Assembly (NCBI GenBank): GCA_965242965.1 | Contig: OZ251518.1 | Location: 3,168,001-3,232,000, forward strand | Origin: Candidatus Poribacteria bacterium | Lineage (GTDB): Bacteria > Poribacteria > WGA-4E > WGA-3G | Direction of reading: 5' to 3' | DNA: 64,000 bases | Shown: one piece after another, positions 10,090 to 19,640 of the stretch | How positions within the stretch are numbered: position 1 is the stretch's first letter | How the letters are laid out: every line of letters begins with the position of its first letter | Position numbers and translations under genes: made by a program | The notes under the pieces: model-generated | Seen by the model: the letters and a program-made list of their open reading frames with translations, nothing else | Told to the model about the DNA's origin: nothing | The model's database searches: none

Positions 10090-10913
10090 TGCGTTCCACC
10101 ATAGGCGCGGTTTGCAACCGCGCTTCCTTCACACGGCGAGCTCAGGCGAGCCCGCGCTACAGGCTGAATTTTCAGAAAACTGGCGACGATGCTGCGGAAC
10201 TGCGGGAACTTGTCAAGGTAAGAGAAGTGTCCCGCCTGTTCAAGAACGACAAGCCCGGCATCCGGTATCTCCTTCTCCATTATCTTCCCGTAGGCGACAG
10301 GCGTATCTTTGTCATCTGCACCCCAGATGAGCAATGCCGGTGCGGCAATGCGAGAGAGAAGCGGCCGAAGATCTTCGTTGACAACCTTGATGAGCGTTCC
10401 ACGCATCGCACCGGCATTCTGATAATCGCTAGAACCGACGCGTTGAGACAGCGCATTGGCGAGTCGCGTGCCATAAGTGCCACAGCGACGCAGCAGTTTA
10501 CCCACTTTCGCGAGGCTCACGCGGAAATGGTATTTTGCAGTTCGGCGCGGTTTAATGCCAGCACTATCGACAAGAATGAGCTTCGCGACTTTTTCCGGGT
10601 GTTCCGCGCCGAGAATAATAGAAATTCTCCCGCCAAACGAGTGCCCGATGAGGTGCGCTTTTCGGATACCGAGTGCCTCAAAAAACGCCGTGACGCACCG
10701 CGCGTAATCAGCGGTGCCCCACGCAGTCGGGGGTGCTTCGCTCGCGCCGAATCCCGGAAGATCCAACGCGTAGACCAGGTGTGACTGTGAGAGCCACTCG
10801 AAGACAGGCTTGAAACTATCGGCTTCACCGCCCCATCCGTGCAGGAGGACGACAACATCGCCTTCTCCCGCGGCTTGATATGCAACGTTAAGATTGTTAA
10901 TTTTTACAAACAT
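10086..10913 (-). CDS. Alpha/beta fold hydrolase
   Basis: LHGWG, DLPGFG, GHSFGG nucleophile elbow, and AGHF. Overlaps both murE and murF. Confidence 0.9.
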   Translation of the reverse strand: MFVKINNLNVAYQAAGEGDVVVLLHGWGGEADSFKPVFEWLSQSHLVYALDLPGFGASEAPPTAWGTADYARCVTAFFEALGIRKAHLIGHSFGGRISIILGAEHPEKVAKLILVDSAGIKPRRTAKYHFRVSLAKVGKLLRRCGTYGTRLANALSQRVGSSDYQNAGAMRGTLIKVVNEDLRPLLSRIAAPALLIWGADDKDTPVAYGKIMEKEIPDAGLVVLEQAGHFSYLDKFPQFRSIVASFLKIQPVARARLSSPCEGSAVANRAYGGTQ

Positions 10914-12366
10914 GCGCTATCGCCTCAGCCGCCACTTTCCTATCGTCAAACGGGAATCGTTGTCCGTGAATTTCTTGATAATCCTCGTGTCCTTTGCCGG
11001 CGATGACGACGACATCGCCCGGTTTCGCCGTTGCAATGGCATGCAGGATTGCCTCACGTCTCTGCAAAATAGACACATAGTGGGTATCATGTGGTAAATT
11101 TGACACAATCTGCGCGATAATTTCGGCGGGTTCTTCCGTGCGCGGATTATCGGAAGTGATGACGCTGTAATCCGCGAGTTCCGCTGAAATCTGTCCCATT
11201 TTTGGACGTTTGCCAGCATCCCTGTCACCGCCGCAACCGAAAACAGAAATGAGCGAGCGGTGGGTAATGTCCCGCGCCGCACGCAACACATTTTCCAATC
11301 CATCGGGGGTATGCGCGTAATCGACAATAACGGCGAACTCTTGTCCCTTATCCACCAGTTCAAACCTCCCCGGCACAACGGTAGCGGAAAGTCCTTCCTG
11401 AATTGCCGTGAGTGGACAGCCGTAGCGAACCGCCACGCCTATCGCGGCGAGTGCGTTGTAGAGGTTATATTCGCCGAGCAACTGCAACTGCGCAGGCATC
11501 TCGCCGTGCGGCGTAACCGCCGTGAACGCCACGCGGCTCAGCGACAATTCAACATCCTTGCAACGTAAATCCGCGTCGTTCTGAAGCGCGTAAGTCCAGA
11601 CTCGGCGTTTCCCGACAACCTCCGTAATCTGTGCTGAGGCAGGCGCATCGCCGTTCAGTATCGCAACTCCATCCTCGGAAAGTTGCGCAAAGAGCATTAA
11701 TTTCGCCGCGAGATACGCGCCCATGGAGCCGTGGTAGTCAAGATGGTCTTGCGTAAAATTCGTAAACACAGCGGTATCAAATGTGAGTCCCGCCAACCGA
11801 TGCTGCGCGAGCCCCTGCGAGGAAGTTTCCATCACAACATATTCCACACCCGCCTCCACAAACTGCTTGAAAAGCGCGTGCAACTCAAACGCATCAGGCG
11901 TTGTCAGCGCAGTCGGCACAAACACGTCACCGTAATGGTGTCCCACCGTGCCGAGGAGAGCCGCCTTTTTCCCGCTCGCCGTGAGGACGGCGTGGATGAG
12001 ATGCGTCGTAGAAGTCTTCCCATTCGTCCCAGTAATCCCGATGAGTTTCAAACGTTCCGCCGGGTTACCGTGCCAATTCGCCGATAACAGCGAGAGCGCG
12101 TGCCGGCCGTTCGGCACTTGCAGATATGTGATACCCTCGGCTAATTCTACGTCATCGGCAGGTTTCTCGCCGATAACAACGTTCGCGCCGCTCGCAACCG
12201 CCGCGGGAATGAACCCGTGTCCGTCAACGGCTAGTCCCTCATAACAGACGAAAGCGTTCCCCGGTGCGACGTTCCGGCTGTCACTGACGATACCGGTTAT
12301 CTCACGCGCGCGCGAGTTGAGTGAAGCAAGAATCTCTAGTCCGTGAAGCAGGGTGCTGAGTTGCAT
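10897..12366 (-). CDS. murE: UDP-MurNAc-dipeptide--diaminopimelate ligase
   Basis: ITGTNGKTST, TTP, QDHLDYH, VDYAHTPDG, FGCGGDRD, DNPR (typical of mDAP-adding MurE) and GKGHE motifs. Confidence 0.97.
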   Translation of the reverse strand: MQLSTLLHGLEILASLNSRAREITGIVSDSRNVAPGNAFVCYEGLAVDGHGFIPAAVASGANVVIGEKPADDVELAEGITYLQVPNGRHALSLLSANWHGNPAERLKLIGITGTNGKTSTTHLIHAVLTASGKKAALLGTVGHHYGDVFVPTALTTPDAFELHALFKQFVEAGVEYVVMETSSQGLAQHRLAGLTFDTAVFTNFTQDHLDYHGSMGAYLAAKLMLFAQLSEDGVAILNGDAPASAQITEVVGKRRVWTYALQNDADLRCKDVELSLSRVAFTAVTPHGEMPAQLQLLGEYNLYNALAAIGVAVRYGCPLTAIQEGLSATVVPGRFELVDKGQEFAVIVDYAHTPDGLENVLRAARDITHRSLISVFGCGGDRDAGKRPKMGQISAELADYSVITSDNPRTEEPAEIIAQIVSNLPHDTHYVSILQRREAILHAIATAKPGDVVVIAGKGHEDYQEIHGQRFPFDDRKVAAEAIAHVCKN

Positions 12367-12380
12367 GCTGGCATCTCCGA

Positions 12381-14147
12381 TTATTCTGTGATAATAGGCG
12401 CGGATGCCTTGTGTGCAGGCGGCGTTCCAAAAAATTCTGTCTGTTTGAAGTATTGCATCGTCTGCGTGGCAACTGCCTTGAAAAGCGGGCCGGCAATCTG
12501 GCCGCTGAAACGCGCCCCTGTCGGTTCATCAAGCATGACAATGATGGAGACTTGCGGGTTGTCGGCGGGAAGGAAGCCCATGAAAGACATCGTCTCCTTG
12601 CCGCTTGCGTAACCTACGCCTTTCTCCGCTTTTTGCGCCGTGCCGGTTTTGCCAGCGACGCGATAGCCTTCCACTTGCGCGCGTCTGCCACTGCCGCTTT
12701 CCACCACACCGACGAGGAGTTCTGTCATCTGTCTCGCAACTTCTGGTTTCAGCACACGGCGCACCGGAATTGGGTATACCTGCTTGATAACCTTCCCGGT
12801 GTTATCCCGAATTTCACGGGTGATATAGGGACGCAGCAGCTCGCCGCCGTTCGCGATAACGTTCAGCGCGCTCACCATCTGCAGCGGTGTAACGAGGATG
12901 CCTTGTCCAAACGGCACAGCGGCGAGGGCGTTCGGATTCCAATTTTTCACGGTGTAAAGACTGCCGCTGTGTTCATACGGAAGATCGATGCCGGTTTTCC
13001 TACCAAATCCATATTTTTCGATGTAGGTGCTGAATTGCTGATGTCCGAGTGCCTTCACAATCTTAATCATGCCGATGTTGCTAGATTTGTGGAGGACTTC
13101 CTCCAGCGTCAGCCAGCCTTTCGGCGAGACATCTTTGACAACCCTCGCGCGGTTTACACGGAACCTGCCGTGTTCGCAAAAAATCTGTGTTTCTCGCGTC
13201 ATGATGCCTTCGTTCAGTGCGGCGGAAGAGGCGACAATTTTGAAAACCGAGCCGGGTTCATACGCGTGCCATACGCCGAGGTTCCGTTTCGCCGCCTCGC
13301 TGGCATCGCCGTAAGCGTTCAAATCATACGTCGGATAACTGGCGAGTGCGAGTATCTCCGCGGTTTGCGATGCCAAGACGATGACGGTGCCCCGCGGCGC
13401 GTTCCACTGCTCGCACGCCTTCTCAAGTTCATTCTCGGCGACGTATTGAACGTATTCGTCAATCGTCAGCACGATGCTGTGCCCGTAATCGGCTGCGGCG
13501 TTTCCGAGCAGGCGACGCACCGGTTCGTTCGCATCGGTGCCTTGTGCGATGCGCGCGCGGCGTTCGCGATGCGCCGCTCGCGTGAGATACGTGTTATATT
13601 GGTATTCAATCCCCTCGCCGCTATTTTCGGTGTTGACATTCCCGATAACCTGCGCGGCAAGCGAGCCCTTTGGATAGGAACGGCTCTGCTCAACGGTGTA
13701 TTTTAACCCGCGATATTTTTTCTGGAGCGCGCGAATCTCATCGAGTGCTTCATAATCGACACCCCTTTTCAGGGAGACAAACCGCCTGTTTTTGCGGGCG
13801 AGTTTCGCTTGCAGTTCGGATTCAGAAGCGTCCAAGATAGGCGCGAGTGCCTGCGCTACCTCCGCCGGTTTCGCTCGCATGTATCTCGGGTCGGCGGCGA
13901 TATGGAGGCGGTGCCGACTCAAGCCGAGGATGGTGCCGTGCCTGTCCAAAATTTTTCCGCGTTTAACATTCGTTGCGCGGCGGGAGAGCTTTGTGTAGTC
14001 ATCGGCATCCCCACCGGCGGTGCCGTCAACAACCTGCAACACATACAATTTACCGAGCAGCACAGCGAAACCTAACTGTAGCACGATAAGCACGAAAACC
14101 AGGCGGCGAATAGATAAATGGGTGTTATTTTTCGGGCTATTTCGCAT
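12381..14147 (-). CDS. ftsI: Class B penicillin-binding protein (FtsI)
   Basis: RGKILDR, EPGSVFK (SxxK), SSN and GKTGTAQK motifs; N-terminal TM helix. Confidence 0.92.
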   Translation of the reverse strand: MRNSPKNNTHLSIRRLVFVLIVLQLGFAVLLGKLYVLQVVDGTAGGDADDYTKLSRRATNVKRGKILDRHGTILGLSRHRLHIAADPRYMRAKPAEVAQALAPILDASESELQAKLARKNRRFVSLKRGVDYEALDEIRALQKKYRGLKYTVEQSRSYPKGSLAAQVIGNVNTENSGEGIEYQYNTYLTRAAHRERRARIAQGTDANEPVRRLLGNAAADYGHSIVLTIDEYVQYVAENELEKACEQWNAPRGTVIVLASQTAEILALASYPTYDLNAYGDASEAAKRNLGVWHAYEPGSVFKIVASSAALNEGIMTRETQIFCEHGRFRVNRARVVKDVSPKGWLTLEEVLHKSSNIGMIKIVKALGHQQFSTYIEKYGFGRKTGIDLPYEHSGSLYTVKNWNPNALAAVPFGQGILVTPLQMVSALNVIANGGELLRPYITREIRDNTGKVIKQVYPIPVRRVLKPEVARQMTELLVGVVESGSGRRAQVEGYRVAGKTGTAQKAEKGVGYASGKETMSFMGFLPADNPQVSIIVMLDEPTGARFSGQIAGPLFKAVATQTMQYFKQTEFFGTPPAHKASAPIITE

Positions 14148-14472
14148 GATGTTTTTCCTTGAGGACTCGCGCCGCTTCCGTCGGTTCTACCATGCCGAGT
14201 TCGTCTGCGATGCGTCGGATACGTGCGATGGAGGTTAACGTCGCCTCTTCCAATTCCAGTTGATGGATTTCATCTTGGATGAGGGTTTTCTGCGTTTCGT
14301 AGACAGGCTTCCGTTGCAGTGCCACTTTCTTTGCGTAAGATGAGAACCAGACGCTGCCGGCAAAGATGCAGAAACAGAGCCCCAGCACGACATAGACGAA
14401 CGGAAACTGCCTTTTCGGCTTAGGTTCCTCTGCCCCCGTGCTGCGCGTTGAAAAGTGGTGTGAATTCTGCAT
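14137..14472 (-). CDS. ftsL: Cell division protein FtsL-like
   Basis: Single TM helix, then coiled coil and a RIRRIADELGM tail; lies between rsmH and ftsI. Confidence 0.75.
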   Translation of the reverse strand: MQNSHHFSTRSTGAEEPKPKRQFPFVYVVLGLCFCIFAGSVWFSSYAKKVALQRKPVYETQKTLIQDEIHQLELEEATLTSIARIRRIADELGMVEPTEAARVLKEKHHAK

Positions 14473-14514
14473 GCCGTGTCTTCCTCCTTTAAAGTGTAAA
14501 CGTTGAAATCGCGT

Positions 14515-15465
14515 TTAAGATACAGGGTTTTTCATTATTTTGCGCGCGGCGCGTAATTTGGCACTACGCGCGCGTGGATTGCGCCGCACCTCATCCGCCG
14601 AGGGTTGCACCGGCTTTTTCGTTAAAATCTGCAGCGAGGGACGATGCTCACAAATACAGACAGGCGTTTTCGGCTGACAGATACACGCGCGCGCTTCTCT
14701 CTGAAAGCACTGCTTGACAATCCTATCCTCAAGCGAATGGAACGTTATTACACAGAGGCGGCCGCCCGGTTTCAGCAGCGATATCGCCGCATCCAATCCG
14801 GTGGCGAGGTTCTCCAATTCGGCGTTGACGTAAATGCGCAACGCCTGAAACACGCGCGTCGCTGGGTGGATACGGACGGCTCGCTGTGATGGAACTGCCG
14901 TTGCCACAATCTCCGCAAGCTGCGCCGTTGTGGTTATCTTCCGTTGCTGCCTTGCCTGCACGATGCGATGCGCGATGCGCCGCGCGAACCGTTCCTCGCC
15001 ATACCGCCTAAAAATGTCCGTGAGTTCTTCAGCGGTGCTTTCGTTAACGACTTGCATCGCCGTGAGTGACTGACGCACGTCCATCCGCATATCCAACGGT
15101 GCCGGGTGGCGAAAACTAAACCCTCTCTCCGGCGTATCCAATTGAAATGAGGACACGCCTAAATCGAGCAGTATCCCATCTACGGCATCAACGGCGTGAT
15201 GCGCGAGCAACGCCGCCAGTTGGGCGAAGTTACCGTGGATTAAGCAGTGCCGTTCAGGAAAGGCGTTGAGTTTCGCTTGCGCAATGACGAGTGCCGCCGC
15301 GTCTGCATCAATGCCGAGGACGCGCCCGTTCGGCGCGGCGTTCTCTAATATCGCGAGGCTATGTCCCCCCAATCCCACCGTGGCATCGACATAAACGCCG
15401 TCGGATTTCGGTTTGAGGAATTCAAGCACCTCGTCGCGTAAAACTGGGATGTGCTGCGTCTCCAT
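14515..15465 (-). CDS. rsmH: 16S rRNA C1402 N4-methyltransferase
   Basis: HIPVL, DATVGLGGHS, DLGVSSFQLD, LDMRMD, FHSLEDR and NPRARSAKLR motifs. Start at ATG 15465. Confidence 0.96.
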   Translation of the reverse strand: METQHIPVLRDEVLEFLKPKSDGVYVDATVGLGGHSLAILENAAPNGRVLGIDADAAALVIAQAKLNAFPERHCLIHGNFAQLAALLAHHAVDAVDGILLDLGVSSFQLDTPERGFSFRHPAPLDMRMDVRQSLTAMQVVNESTAEELTDIFRRYGEERFARRIAHRIVQARQQRKITTTAQLAEIVATAVPSQRAVRIHPATRVFQALRIYVNAELENLATGLDAAISLLKPGGRLCVITFHSLEDRIVKQCFQREARACICQPKTPVCICEHRPSLQILTKKPVQPSADEVRRNPRARSAKLRAARKIMKNPVS

Positions 15466-15476
15466 AGTGAATTGAT

Positions 15477-15492
15477 AGCAAGAATCGTGCCA
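15477..15492 (-). promoter_or_regulatory. sigma54 (-24/-12) promoter upstream of rsmH and the dcw operon
   Basis: Minus strand reads TGGCACGATTCTTGCT, matching TGGCACG-N4-TTGCW. Predicted +1 is near 15466-15465. Confidence 0.7.
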
Positions 15493-15500
15493 ATTTACGT

Positions 15501-15645
15501 GAGGGTGTTTCATATCTCGATGGCTTCCCGGTAGGCGAGACCTCCCGGTCTGGATTGCTGCTGCCTTGTCCTAATGTGGTGCGTATCGGGACAAGGATGT
15601 CCCTCCTACCGGAGAAACGGAATTGTTCGGGGGCGGGTCACGAAA
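15501..15645. repeat. REP cluster starting with the GAGGGTGTTTCATAT terminal motif
   Basis: Same end motif as at 5435/5861 and 42563. The right end resembles 43125-43155. Confidence 0.65.
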
Positions 15646-15647
15646 AT

Positions 15648-16616
15648 TTACGCGCTATCTATCTGATTGCGATAAATGGCTTGCACCAGTTCCATCGTTT
15701 TGATTGCATCGGCGAAACAGGTGAGCGGCTGCCTATCCTGCCGAATGCAATCGACAAAGTGGCGGCTTTCGCCGTAAAAACCGTATGCTTTGTGCATCGC
15801 GGCAGAACCGGCGGCTTCCTCCGGTGTTATTTCAGTGATGCCTTCGCGGGTGTGAAGCGTTGCGCGGCCTCCTGCATCGGGATTAATATAGGCGGAAATC
15901 CCGCGCGCGTGCATCTCAAAAGTGTGGATGCGGCCGCCGACTGCCCAATTGGTGCAGAGATACCCGGATGCGCCGCTCGTGAACTTGACAATCGCGTTGA
16001 AACTGTTCTCGCGTTCCGAATCGAAGCGATTAATGTCGCTCGCGACAGCTTTCACCTCACCGCCGCCGAGCCAGCGGAGCGCGTCCACTGCATGGATGGC
16101 ATCGCACGTCAGCACGTCGATGATGCCATCGTAGTAAAGCGCGCTGGGACTGTTTTTGTGGAAGGTGGCCATGCACTGAATAACCTGTCCGTGCGCCTCC
16201 ACTTTCGCCTTCACTTGTTGCAGAAGCGGGATAAAACGGCGGTTGAACCCTACCATCGTTTTGCAGCCGTGCTTTTCGGCAGCGCGCGCCATCTCCTGCG
16301 TTTGATGGAGCGTTACGCCGGGCGGTTTCTCAATAAAAACATGGTGTCCTTGCGAGAGGCTATGGATAACGAGCGGAAACAGGTGTTGCGGCGGCATTAA
16401 AATATAGACAGCGTCCGGGCTCGTTTTCTCTAGCATCTCCCGATAGTCGGTGAAGGTTTGCGGTATCTCAAAGCGTTCCGCGGTGGCGTGCAGTTTTGAT
16501 GGCACCACATCGCACAAACCGACGAGGTTCACATCGTCACATTCGGCGAGGGACGGGTAGTGGACGCTATTCGCCATCCCTCCCGCGCCGATTAAAGCGA
16601 TATTGACAGATTTCAT
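15648..16616 (-). CDS. Gfo/Idh/MocA family oxidoreductase
   Basis: IGAGGMA Rossmann motif, HVFIEKPP, VGFNRRF and IHAVDAL. Confidence 0.92.
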   Translation of the reverse strand: MKSVNIALIGAGGMANSVHYPSLAECDDVNLVGLCDVVPSKLHATAERFEIPQTFTDYREMLEKTSPDAVYILMPPQHLFPLVIHSLSQGHHVFIEKPPGVTLHQTQEMARAAEKHGCKTMVGFNRRFIPLLQQVKAKVEAHGQVIQCMATFHKNSPSALYYDGIIDVLTCDAIHAVDALRWLGGGEVKAVASDINRFDSERENSFNAIVKFTSGASGYLCTNWAVGGRIHTFEMHARGISAYINPDAGGRATLHTREGITEITPEEAAGSAAMHKAYGFYGESRHFVDCIRQDRQPLTCFADAIKTMELVQAIYRNQIDSA

Positions 16617-16753
16617 GATTTTTCTCCAAACATCATTTTTTCTTGCATTTTATGTGATAATGTGTTACAATGCAAATATAGATGATAAAATGGCGGTGTC
16701 ACTTCTGAAAAAGCGGAGTGGCATATTGCCACGACAGGAGGTATTCTTATTTT

Positions 16754-17629
16754 ATGCCACAACAATACGACAACACTGTGAAATATATCATATTTGAACA
16801 CGCCGACGAGTTCGCACGGTTCGTCCTCGGCGAGGTTGATGTCAAGGTGCTTGAAAACCTGGAATCGGAACAGGCAACGCTCAAAGCGCATCGGACAGAC
16901 TGCACCATGCGGGTGCAGTTCCCCGATGAAATTGCCATTTTCCACACCGAGGTGCAGACTCACACCAGTGGCAAACCCATTGGCATGAGACTCGCCGGCT
17001 ACAACGGCTTTCTCACCCACGCCCATGAAATGAACGTCTATTGCAACGTTCTCTATCTGCATCCGCGGGCGGGACTCAATGACACTGGGCTCTACGAATA
17101 TGGGCGCGGCACGGACTATGAATTCAAACTCCGCTACAAGGTGATTCGCCTGGCGGATTTTGAAGGCGAAGCTGTCTTAGAGATGCAGGCACCGGGGCTG
17201 TTGCCGTTCACACCGTTGATGAAACCGCCGGCGCGAATGCAACCAGACCGGTGGTTGGAGAAATGTTTTGATGCGATAGCGACATCTCGGACGGACGAGA
17301 CGACGCAGCATCTGTTATTTGAGGCGGCGGGTGTTTTAGGCGGGTTGGCTCATGACCCGCACCGTATCCGTCATTTCTTACCGGAGGGTATCATGTTAGA
17401 ATCGGCTTTCGTCCAACTTTACATGAAAGAGGCGCGCGACGAGGGAAGAATTGATGCCACGACTGACGCTATCTTGGCGTTGCTTGGCACGCAATTCCAC
17501 CCCGAGGCAGTGCAGACGCTGCAACCGAAACTCGCCGAAATCAAAGATTTGCAACGTCTCCAGCAGTTGCATCTCGCCGCGGCGCGCTCGGAGAGCCTGG
17601 AAGCGTTCATGCAGCACCTCGGCAAATAG
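16754..17629 (+). CDS. Rpn/YhgA-like PD-(D/E)XK protein (full-length form)
   Basis: YDNTVK N-terminus, RTD...HTEVQT catalytic-type motif, LLPFTPLM and MLESAFVQ...EGR tail. AGGAGG RBS before ATG 16754. Confidence 0.8.
   Translation: MPQQYDNTVKYIIFEHADEFARFVLGEVDVKVLENLESEQATLKAHRTDCTMRVQFPDEIAIFHTEVQTHTSGKPIGMRLAGYNGFLTHAHEMNVYCNVLYLHPRAGLNDTGLYEYGRGTDYEFKLRYKVIRLADFEGEAVLEMQAPGLLPFTPLMKPPARMQPDRWLEKCFDAIATSRTDETTQHLLFEAAGVLGGLAHDPHRIRHFLPEGIMLESAFVQLYMKEARDEGRIDATTDAILALLGTQFHPEAVQTLQPKLAEIKDLQRLQQLHLAAARSESLEAFMQHLGK
17393..17629 (+). CDS. Putative intragenic small protein (RpnS-like, 78 aa) from an internal start
   Basis: GGAGGGTATC-ATG in frame within the Rpn-like gene. Confidence 0.55.
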   Translation: MLESAFVQLYMKEARDEGRIDATTDAILALLGTQFHPEAVQTLQPKLAEIKDLQRLQQLHLAAARSESLEAFMQHLGK

Positions 17630-17675
17630 CCGAAACCGAACCCGAGGCATCCGTCATTTCTTACCGGAGGGTATC

Positions 17676-17924
17676 ATGTTAGAATCGGCTTTTGTCCAAC
17701 TTTACATGGATGAGGCACGCGACGAGGGAAGGGCCGAGGGAAGAATTGAAGCGAGAATCGACGGCATTTTGGCGTTGCTCGGCACGCAATTCCACCCCGA
17801 TGCAGTGGAGGCTCTGAGACCAAAACTGGAAGAGATTGACGATGCGCAACGTCTCCAGCAGCTGGTCCTCGCCGCGGCGCGTTCGGAGAGCCTCGAAGCG
17901 TTCATGCAACACCTCGGCAAATAG
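17676..17924 (+). CDS. Stand-alone diverged copy of the Rpn C-terminal domain (82 aa)
   Basis: 17649-17924 duplicates 17366-17629, including the RBS. ORF is intact and has an extra EGRA unit. Confidence 0.7.
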   Translation: MLESAFVQLYMDEARDEGRAEGRIEARIDGILALLGTQFHPDAVEALRPKLEEIDDAQRLQQLVLAAARSESLEAFMQHLGK

Positions 17925-18029
17925 GCGCGGACGCAATAACACTATCGGTGGCCGGCCAACGTGCATGCTCTTGGCCACCACCGGTGGTTTATTCGTAGCC
18001 GCCCGATACATCAAGGATTCACCGAACGT

Positions 18030-19640
18030 ATGAACTTCAATGCCATCACATTAGAACTTTACAAAAACATGCTCACCTCTGTCGCGGAAGAGATGGGCGT
18101 GACGCTACAGTGCGCCGCATTCTCACCGAACATCAAAGAACGGCTCGATTTCTCCTGCGCCGTTTTTGACGGCACCGGACAGATGGTAGCGCAAGCCGCA
18201 CACATCCCCGCGCACCTCGGCTCCATGCCGCTTTCTGTGAGTGCCGCAATCGAACACACTCACCTGGCACCGGGCGACATGATTGCACTAAATGACCCTT
18301 ATCGGGGCGGCACGCACCTCCCGGACATTACCCTTGTCTCGCCGATTTTTGTGGGAGAAAACGGAACGGACAACGCTAAAAATCTGTCCTTACCGGTTAA
18401 ACCTACATTTTTCGTGGCGAATAGGGCGCACCACGCCGATGTCGGCGGAATGACACCGGGCTCCATGCCACTTGCAACGAGCGTCATCCAAGAAGGCATC
18501 CGCATCCCACCCATCAAACTCATCCGAGGCGGGGAATTAGACACCGATTTGTGGGAACTCATTCTTGCTAATGTGCGCACACCGACAGAACGGCGTGGCG
18601 ACTTGGAGGCACAACTCGCCGCAAATCGCATCGGCGAACGCCGGTTGCAGGAAATGGCGGACAAATACGGTGTCGCGGAAATGGAGGCATCCATGCAGGA
18701 ACTATGCGCCTATTCCAGCCGGATGGTGCGCGCCTGCCTGCGAGAAATCCCGGACGGCCGCTACACGAACGTCGATTTTTTAGATAACGATGGCATTACC
18801 GATGCCCCCGTTGAAATCCACGTCGCCATTGAGATTAAAGACGATGAGGCAGTCATTGATTTTAGTGGCACGGCGGGACAGGTGCGCGGCTCCGTCAATG
18901 CGATTTACGCCATCACCCTCTCCGCAGTCTTCTATACGTTCCGATGCATCGCGGGCGTGGAGGTGGATGTGCCTTCTAACGCCGGGTGCATGGAGCCCCT
19001 CCGAGTCATCGCGCCGGTGGGTAGCGTCGTGAACGCAAAATTCCCCGCCGCTGTCGCCGGTGGGAACGTTGAAACTTCGCAGCGTATCGTTGATGTGCTA
19101 CTCGGCGCGCTGGCACAAGCGTGCCCCGAACGCATTCCTGCGGCGAGTTGCGGCTCCATGAACAATCTAACGGTAGGCGGTTACGATGCTGTGCGCGGGC
19201 GCGATTTTACTTACTACGAGACCATCGCAGGCGGCATGGGCGCGCGCCCTGATAGAGACGGCATCGATGCCATTCACACGCACATGACGAATACGATGAA
19301 CACTCCGATAGAGGCGATTGAGACGACATATCCGATGCAAGTTGAACAGTACTCTATCCGACGTGGGACAGGCGGTGCAGGGAAGTTTCGGGGTGGCGAT
19401 GGCGTGGTGCGCTCGCTGCGGCTTCTGACAGACGCAGAAGTGACTATCCTCTCAGAACGCCGCACCTTCGGGCCTTACGGTTTGCAAGGTGGTAAGGCGG
19501 GAAAGCCGGGGCGTAACGCTGTCCACAGCGGAAGCGCGGAGCGTCTGTTAGCCGGTAAGGTGAGCATCTCGGCGCGCGAAGGCGACATCGTCCAGATTGA
19601 AACGCCCGGCGGCGGTGGATATGGCGAAAAAAAGACTTGA
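18030..19640 (+). CDS. Hydantoinase B/oxoprolinase family protein
   Basis: SPNIKERLDFSCA, HIPAHLG, NDPYRGGTHLPD, HHADVGG and ETPGGGGYG motifs. Confidence 0.93.
   Translation: MNFNAITLELYKNMLTSVAEEMGVTLQCAAFSPNIKERLDFSCAVFDGTGQMVAQAAHIPAHLGSMPLSVSAAIEHTHLAPGDMIALNDPYRGGTHLPDITLVSPIFVGENGTDNAKNLSLPVKPTFFVANRAHHADVGGMTPGSMPLATSVIQEGIRIPPIKLIRGGELDTDLWELILANVRTPTERRGDLEAQLAANRIGERRLQEMADKYGVAEMEASMQELCAYSSRMVRACLREIPDGRYTNVDFLDNDGITDAPVEIHVAIEIKDDEAVIDFSGTAGQVRGSVNAIYAITLSAVFYTFRCIAGVEVDVPSNAGCMEPLRVIAPVGSVVNAKFPAAVAGGNVETSQRIVDVLLGALAQACPERIPAASCGSMNNLTVGGYDAVRGRDFTYYETIAGGMGARPDRDGIDAIHTHMTNTMNTPIEAIETTYPMQVEQYSIRRGTGGAGKFRGGDGVVRSLRLLTDAEVTILSERRTFGPYGLQGGKAGKPGRNAVHSGSAERLLAGKVSISAREGDIVQIETPGGGGYGEKKT

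Noticed and set aside
12411-13706. Long antisense ORFs (also 59246-60550, 27950-28858, 8083-9036, 20286-21191)
   Set aside because: They are shadow frames of well-supported genes on the opposite strand and have no recognisable motifs.
16754-17629. Rpn-like gene as the transposase of an IS element
   Set aside because: No terminal inverted repeats or target duplication are visible, and the family has a PD-(D/E)XK fold and is often mislabelled as transposase.
17366-17924. Diversity-generating retroelement (TR/VR pair) as the explanation for the C-terminal duplications
   Set aside because: Differences are not adenine-specific and include repeat-unit indels. No reverse transcriptase is in the window.
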